A program made the translations under genes and the position numbers. From NCBI GenBank assembly GCA_023410595.1, contig JAEYPO010000001.1, positions 192,051-256,050 of the forward strand: a stretch of DNA of 64,000 nucleotides, read 5' to 3'. Positions 61,301 to 64,000 of the stretch are shown piece by piece (positions within the stretch are counted from its first letter, which is position 1; every line of letters starts with the position of its first letter). The notes under the pieces were generated by a model. It was not told the origin of the DNA and made no database searches. It saw only the letters and a list, made by a program, of their open reading frames with translations. This stretch comes from Bacillota bacterium (GTDB lineage Bacteria > Bacillota > Clostridia > Christensenellales > SZUA-584).

Positions 61301-64000
61301 ACAACCCGTTTTTCGTACAGCAGCATGACGTCGTACTGACTGCCGACAGCGAAATGGGCTTTGTACAAGGTTCGGGGGCATACAGGCTTTTCGAACCTGT
61401 AATTATAACAGCCTTTGGGAACGAGCATTATACGTTTAAAAACTGGGAAGTATCTTCGGGCGGGGTAATATTAGACAATTCCGCCAATCCCACAGCGACG
61501 TTTGTGATGACTAACCATGACGTAGCGATTAACGCCGTTTTTGAAAAGAAAAAGTATACATTGACCGTACAGAGCGATGGGAACGGATATGGATCGCAAA
61601 GTGCCTATGCCTGGGGAGAAACCGTCTCTCTAGGCGCCGCGGCTAAAGACGGGTATCAGTTCATGCGCTGGGAGGTAGTATCAGGCGGTGTAGAAATACC
61701 GGACGAATTTGACAAGAACGCTACGATTACAATGCCGCAGTCGGATGTAATATTAAAGGCCGTATTCGACGTAAACCCGACGGACTATGAATTCTCAATA
61801 ACGAATAAGAAAGTAACAATAACAAAGTATAATGGGACCGATAGTAATATAATAATACCTCATAGAATAAACGGCTATCCGGTAACAGCGATCGGTGATA
61901 ACGCATTTAGCGACAACACTGTGCTAACAAGCGTTGAAGTACCCGACACGATAGAGAGCATTGGTGAATACGCATTTTCATATTGCACGAATTTAGAAAA
62001 TATAGAATTAGGAAACGGAATAACAAGTATTAATAATAGAATTTTCTGGAACTGCCAGAGTCTTAACAGCATAACAATCCCGGATTCGGTCATGGAAATT
62101 AGCAATTGGTCTTTTTATGGCTGCGTAAAACTAAAAAGCATAGCCATTGGTGCCGGGGTTGAAAGCATAGGCAGCATCGCATTTTTAGGATGCCCGATAC
62201 TCACCAGCCTTATTGTAAGTCGCAATAATGAATTTTACGCAAGCGTTGACGGGGTACTTTACGATAAACAGATAGAGAAGCTTGTGCGATATCCCGCCGG
62301 AAGGCTAGGGCCTTATTCGATTTTACAGGGCGTTACTTCGATCGGAGACAGAGCCTTTATGGACTGTAAGCTTTTAACGGGTATTGAAATACCCAAAGGC
62401 ATAAAAACCATTGGAGAACTGGCCTTTTGTGAATGTGATAATCTTGAAAGCGTAACTATACCCGATTCAGTAGAAAGTATCGGCTATAAGGCGTTTTATT
62501 TATGCGACGCACTGGAGAATGTTTTGCTGGGGAAAAGCGTTGAAAGCATCGGCGAGTATTGTTTCTATTCCTGCGTTAGATTAACGCAAATAGAAATTCC
62601 GGAGTCCGTAACAACAATCGGTGACAGGGCCTTCGACGCATGCAATTTATACGAGGTATATTGCCGGGGCTATGAGCCGAAGGTGGGAACCGACGCGTTT
62701 GGCGAAAATCATACGTATACAAAGGCATATTTCCATATATCTCACCCGGTATACTGGGCCTCATTTTCCGGTTGCGCCAAAAACATATTCTGCCTTTTAA
62801 CGCTGGACAAGAAAAACGGAGAGGCGCCCGAAACAAATAAGGCACTGCTGAATTATTTAAAACTGACCGTTCCGCCCTCCCCGGCAAAGGCTCACAATAC
62901 ATTCGAGCACTGGTGCGCCGACGAAGAGTGCAGAACCCCGTGGGATTTTGGCACCCCGGTATCCAAAGACATTACGCTGTACGCTAAATGGAAGCCGGTG
63001 GATTACACCGTGAAGTTTGACGCTCGCGGCGGTAATCCGGTCAATACTCAAACAGCCGCCTACGGTTCAAACATAACGGCGGTTCCGGGGACTGAAAGGC
63101 CATACTATGTGTTTTCGGGGTGGTACACAACGCCCGCTTGCAGCACAGCGCCGGTCGCATTTCCCTATGCAGTAACAGGCGACGTTACGTTGTACGCCGG
63201 GTGGCAGCCGCAGAGCTACAACATCTATTACAACCTTGACGGCGGGGCAATATCCGCTGAAAACCCGTCGTCATATACGGTGGAGAGCTCGTCTTTTACG
63301 CTGCGTAATCCTGCAAGGACGGGCTATACGTTTCTGGGCTGGACGGGCACTGGTTTAGCGCAGCCCTCGGCAGGCGTAACCGTATATAAGGGCTCTGCTG
63401 GAGACAGGTGGTATACCGCCTGCTGGAAGGTGAATGAGTACGGCATAACCTTTAATTCCAAGGAAGGCAGTGCCGTACTGCCCGTGACCGGGGCGTATGG
63501 CTCCGTGATACCTGAGCCGCCTCCGCCAAGCAGGCAGGGGTATGCTTTTGCTGGCTGGTACAAGGACAGTTCGTGCAAAACAAGGTGGAACTTCGGTACG
63601 GACAGGGTTACGGGCAGCGATACGCTGTACGCGAAATGGCAGCCGTATTCGTACTATCTTGATAATGTAGAGCTTTCTGCGGGAACGCTTATGAAGCCGT
63701 TTACCAAGAGTACTGTCCGCTATAATATCACTCTGGGGGAACACGAGAGCGGCCTTATGATAACGCCGGTAAAAGAATATGACGGCGCAGTAATGAAGAT
63801 AAACAATGCCGTGAGGGAGAGCTTTTACGTAAGCCTTGCCAGTGGTAAGTCGGCGACTGTGAAAGTAGCGGTGACATACAACAGAAAGACAAAGACATAC
63901 GTGCTTAAAATCACTCGCGCGAAATCTTCCGACAATTCGCTGGGAACGCTTGCCGCTTCTTCCGGAACGTTCGATAAACCGTTCGATCCCAATATACTGA
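58360..64000 (+). CDS. Very large secreted multi-domain surface protein/adhesin. The 3' end lies outside the window, and the gene is not listed in the ORF track.
   Basis: ATG 58360 follows GGAGGT. My manual codon-by-codon read found no stop to nt 64000 (about 1,880 codons). Modules in order:
- signal peptide MIKKSISFIIVAAVLVSLFPVSAFA
- five GAGIGGG-type repeats
- Flg_new repeats (G(Y/W)...TLYA.(W/Y))
- Big_2 domain
- GLUG-type repeats (VGGIAG...C.N.G)
- InlB-B-like repeats
- BspA-type LRRs (IP.SV..IG..AF..C..L)
- four more Flg_new repeats
- the beginning of cadherin-like domains. Confidence 0.85.
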   Translation, partial: MIKKSISFIIVAAVLVSLFPVSAFAVGGTIDADGTYDIGSYGNNSVITIEDGLTVTLTNTGGLTLTNVQINCGYGTILTIDGIKIDNSAYDGACALSFTQYNNKLILMGDSYIKSGNNMPGIKEDSSSELEISGEGSIEVYGGTNAAGIGGIYQSAEMATVISGGTVKATGGFHGAGIGGGDSNQELMVTISGGNVTAQGGEGGAGIGGGYNSTGCVVIEINGGDVNAAGGAGGAGIGGGYNGNGGESYITGDCTVRAYGGQNAAGIGGGQGKHGGILDVSGGLVLAEGNGGYDIGCGAGASPDENDWFKILGNAAVLLRNGTSTEPTMSHHELKVQDTVTDHMAFGYNLPDSWTKAYAYIKTYYDLAYDSNGGEGTLPETVTGHEGTSTAVSGGTGLTREGDVFLKWNTQTDGLGTDYSPGALFEFAADTTLYAIYKTPPNVESITLSHQSATLSRGDNITLTADVQPPDAIYSVVWTSSDESVAAVNSSGIVTAMGGGDAVITAEAGGVSATCDIHVNFNVTLDAQSGTENVIVKVIKNSAVPEPEAPIREGYTFNGWYTEQGCANEWDFDEAVTSDITLYAGWTPEGCPFSGRGTQASPYLITSADDLAQLSTLVNAGSANYNSGYYLQTQDIDLSAYSNWTPIGTLNKPFSGTYDGNGKKIADININIDSPKDTVYLGLFGYTTGTTIKNIKLEDGNISVSSSAGANVGSLAGYTGGGGLIENCSSSADISAYSLSVIRIGGIIGYASNNSAETSIIKECVNSGTINGETAGGVNAGGIVGNIEYGVCVSRCANNGNISALFSPTVGGIAGKANGYGRSLCINQCYNTGDIYADDISNYGDSGGIAGFACDTEIENCFNAGTISEESIFHHPSKVGGIAGNASGDSNINKCYNVGEIVSGDTYGGGIAGYLPDTLAGINDCYYADTFPDYIGCGYGTAYTAYKKTLDELKQQTTYKDYDFNTVWTFAFGYDFPQLINNPFFVQQHDVVLTADSEMGFVQGSGAYRLFEPVIITAFGNEHYTFKNWEVSSGGVILDNSANPTATFVMTNHDVAINAVFEKKKYTLTVQSDGNGYGSQSAYAWGETVSLGAAAKDGYQFMRWEVVSGGVEIPDEFDKNATITMPQSDVILKAVFDVNPTDYEFSITNKKVTITKYNGTDSNIIIPHRINGYPVTAIGDNAFSDNTVLTSVEVPDTIESIGEYAFSYCTNLENIELGNGITSINNRIFWNCQSLNSITIPDSVMEISNWSFYGCVKLKSIAIGAGVESIGSIAFLGCPILTSLIVSRNNEFYASVDGVLYDKQIEKLVRYPAGRLGPYSILQGVTSIGDRAFMDCKLLTGIEIPKGIKTIGELAFCECDNLESVTIPDSVESIGYKAFYLCDALENVLLGKSVESIGEYCFYSCVRLTQIEIPESVTTIGDRAFDACNLYEVYCRGYEPKVGTDAFGENHTYTKAYFHISHPVYWASFSGCAKNIFCLLTLDKKNGEAPETNKALLNYLKLTVPPSPAKAHNTFEHWCADEECRTPWDFGTPVSKDITLYAKWKPVDYTVKFDARGGNPVNTQTAAYGSNITAVPGTERPYYVFSGWYTTPACSTAPVAFPYAVTGDVTLYAGWQPQSYNIYYNLDGGAISAENPSSYTVESSSFTLRNPARTGYTFLGWTGTGLAQPSAGVTVYKGSAGDRWYTACWKVNEYGITFNSKEGSAVLPVTGAYGSVIPEPPPPSRQGYAFAGWYKDSSCKTRWNFGTDRVTGSDTLYAKWQPYSYYLDNVELSAGTLMKPFTKSTVRYNITLGEHESGLMITPVKEYDGAVMKINNAVRESFYVSLASGKSATVKVAVTYNRKTKTYVLKITRAKSSDNSLGTLAASSGTFDKPFDPNIL

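Overview
Chromosomal segment that looks like it comes from a moderately GC-rich Gram-positive anaerobe. The gene content suggests Bacillota/Clostridia (YesM/YesN-type sensors, lipoprotein solute-binding proteins, EFR1 ferredoxin, an [FeFe]-hydrogenase-like protein, Listeria-Bacteroides-repeat adhesins), but this is inference only. No rRNA genes and no CRISPR array were seen.

Layout, left to right:
- 1-1536: 3' part of a surface adhesin.
- 1.7-6.5 kb: VanW, copA, histidine phosphatase.
- 6.7-9.3 kb: LysR regulator divergent from a two-subunit Fe-S hydro-lyase (fumarase or tartrate dehydratase type).
- 9.5-20.5 kb: glycoside locus with a LacI-like protein, GH3, a CUT1 ABC transporter, a YesM/YesN two-component system (TCS) and an MsmK-like ATPase.
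- 20.9-22.4 kb: aldehyde dehydrogenase.
- 22.6-24.4 kb: AT-richer islet (TIGR04076, EFR1 ferredoxin, TipAS-like protein).
- 24.6-40.2 kb: sugar or polyol locus with RbsD-like, two alcohol dehydrogenases, a VOC protein, an FGGY kinase, a CUT2 ABC transporter, a second YesM/YesN pair and two extra lipoprotein binding proteins.
- 40.7-45.4 kb: decayed, lower-GC integrative-element remnant abutting the 3' end of tRNA-Ser(GGA). It holds an IS200 tnpA stub, a 5'-truncated DinG-type helicase, a DUF6870-like gene and two large serine recombinases, one of them interrupted by an in-frame TAA.
- 45.7-57.6 kb: YjzC-like small gene, U32 peptidase coupled to a deoxyinosine glycosylase, [FeFe]-hydrogenase-like protein, a putative lipid or glycolipid cluster (GT4, FAD/Rieske oxidoreductase coupled to a tocopherol-cyclase-family protein, GT4-acyltransferase fusion), and a minimal SufC/SufBD pair.
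- 57.9-64.0 kb: a KTSC protein, then a surface-protein ORF of more than 1,880 codons that runs off the window and is missing from the supplied ORF track.

I did not recognise a canonical defence or toxin system. The most unusual items are the FAD/Rieske plus tocopherol-cyclase-like plus glycolipid-enzyme cluster, the recombinase remnant with its RBS-sequestering palindrome, the sensor with two accessory binding proteins, and the unlisted giant adhesin.
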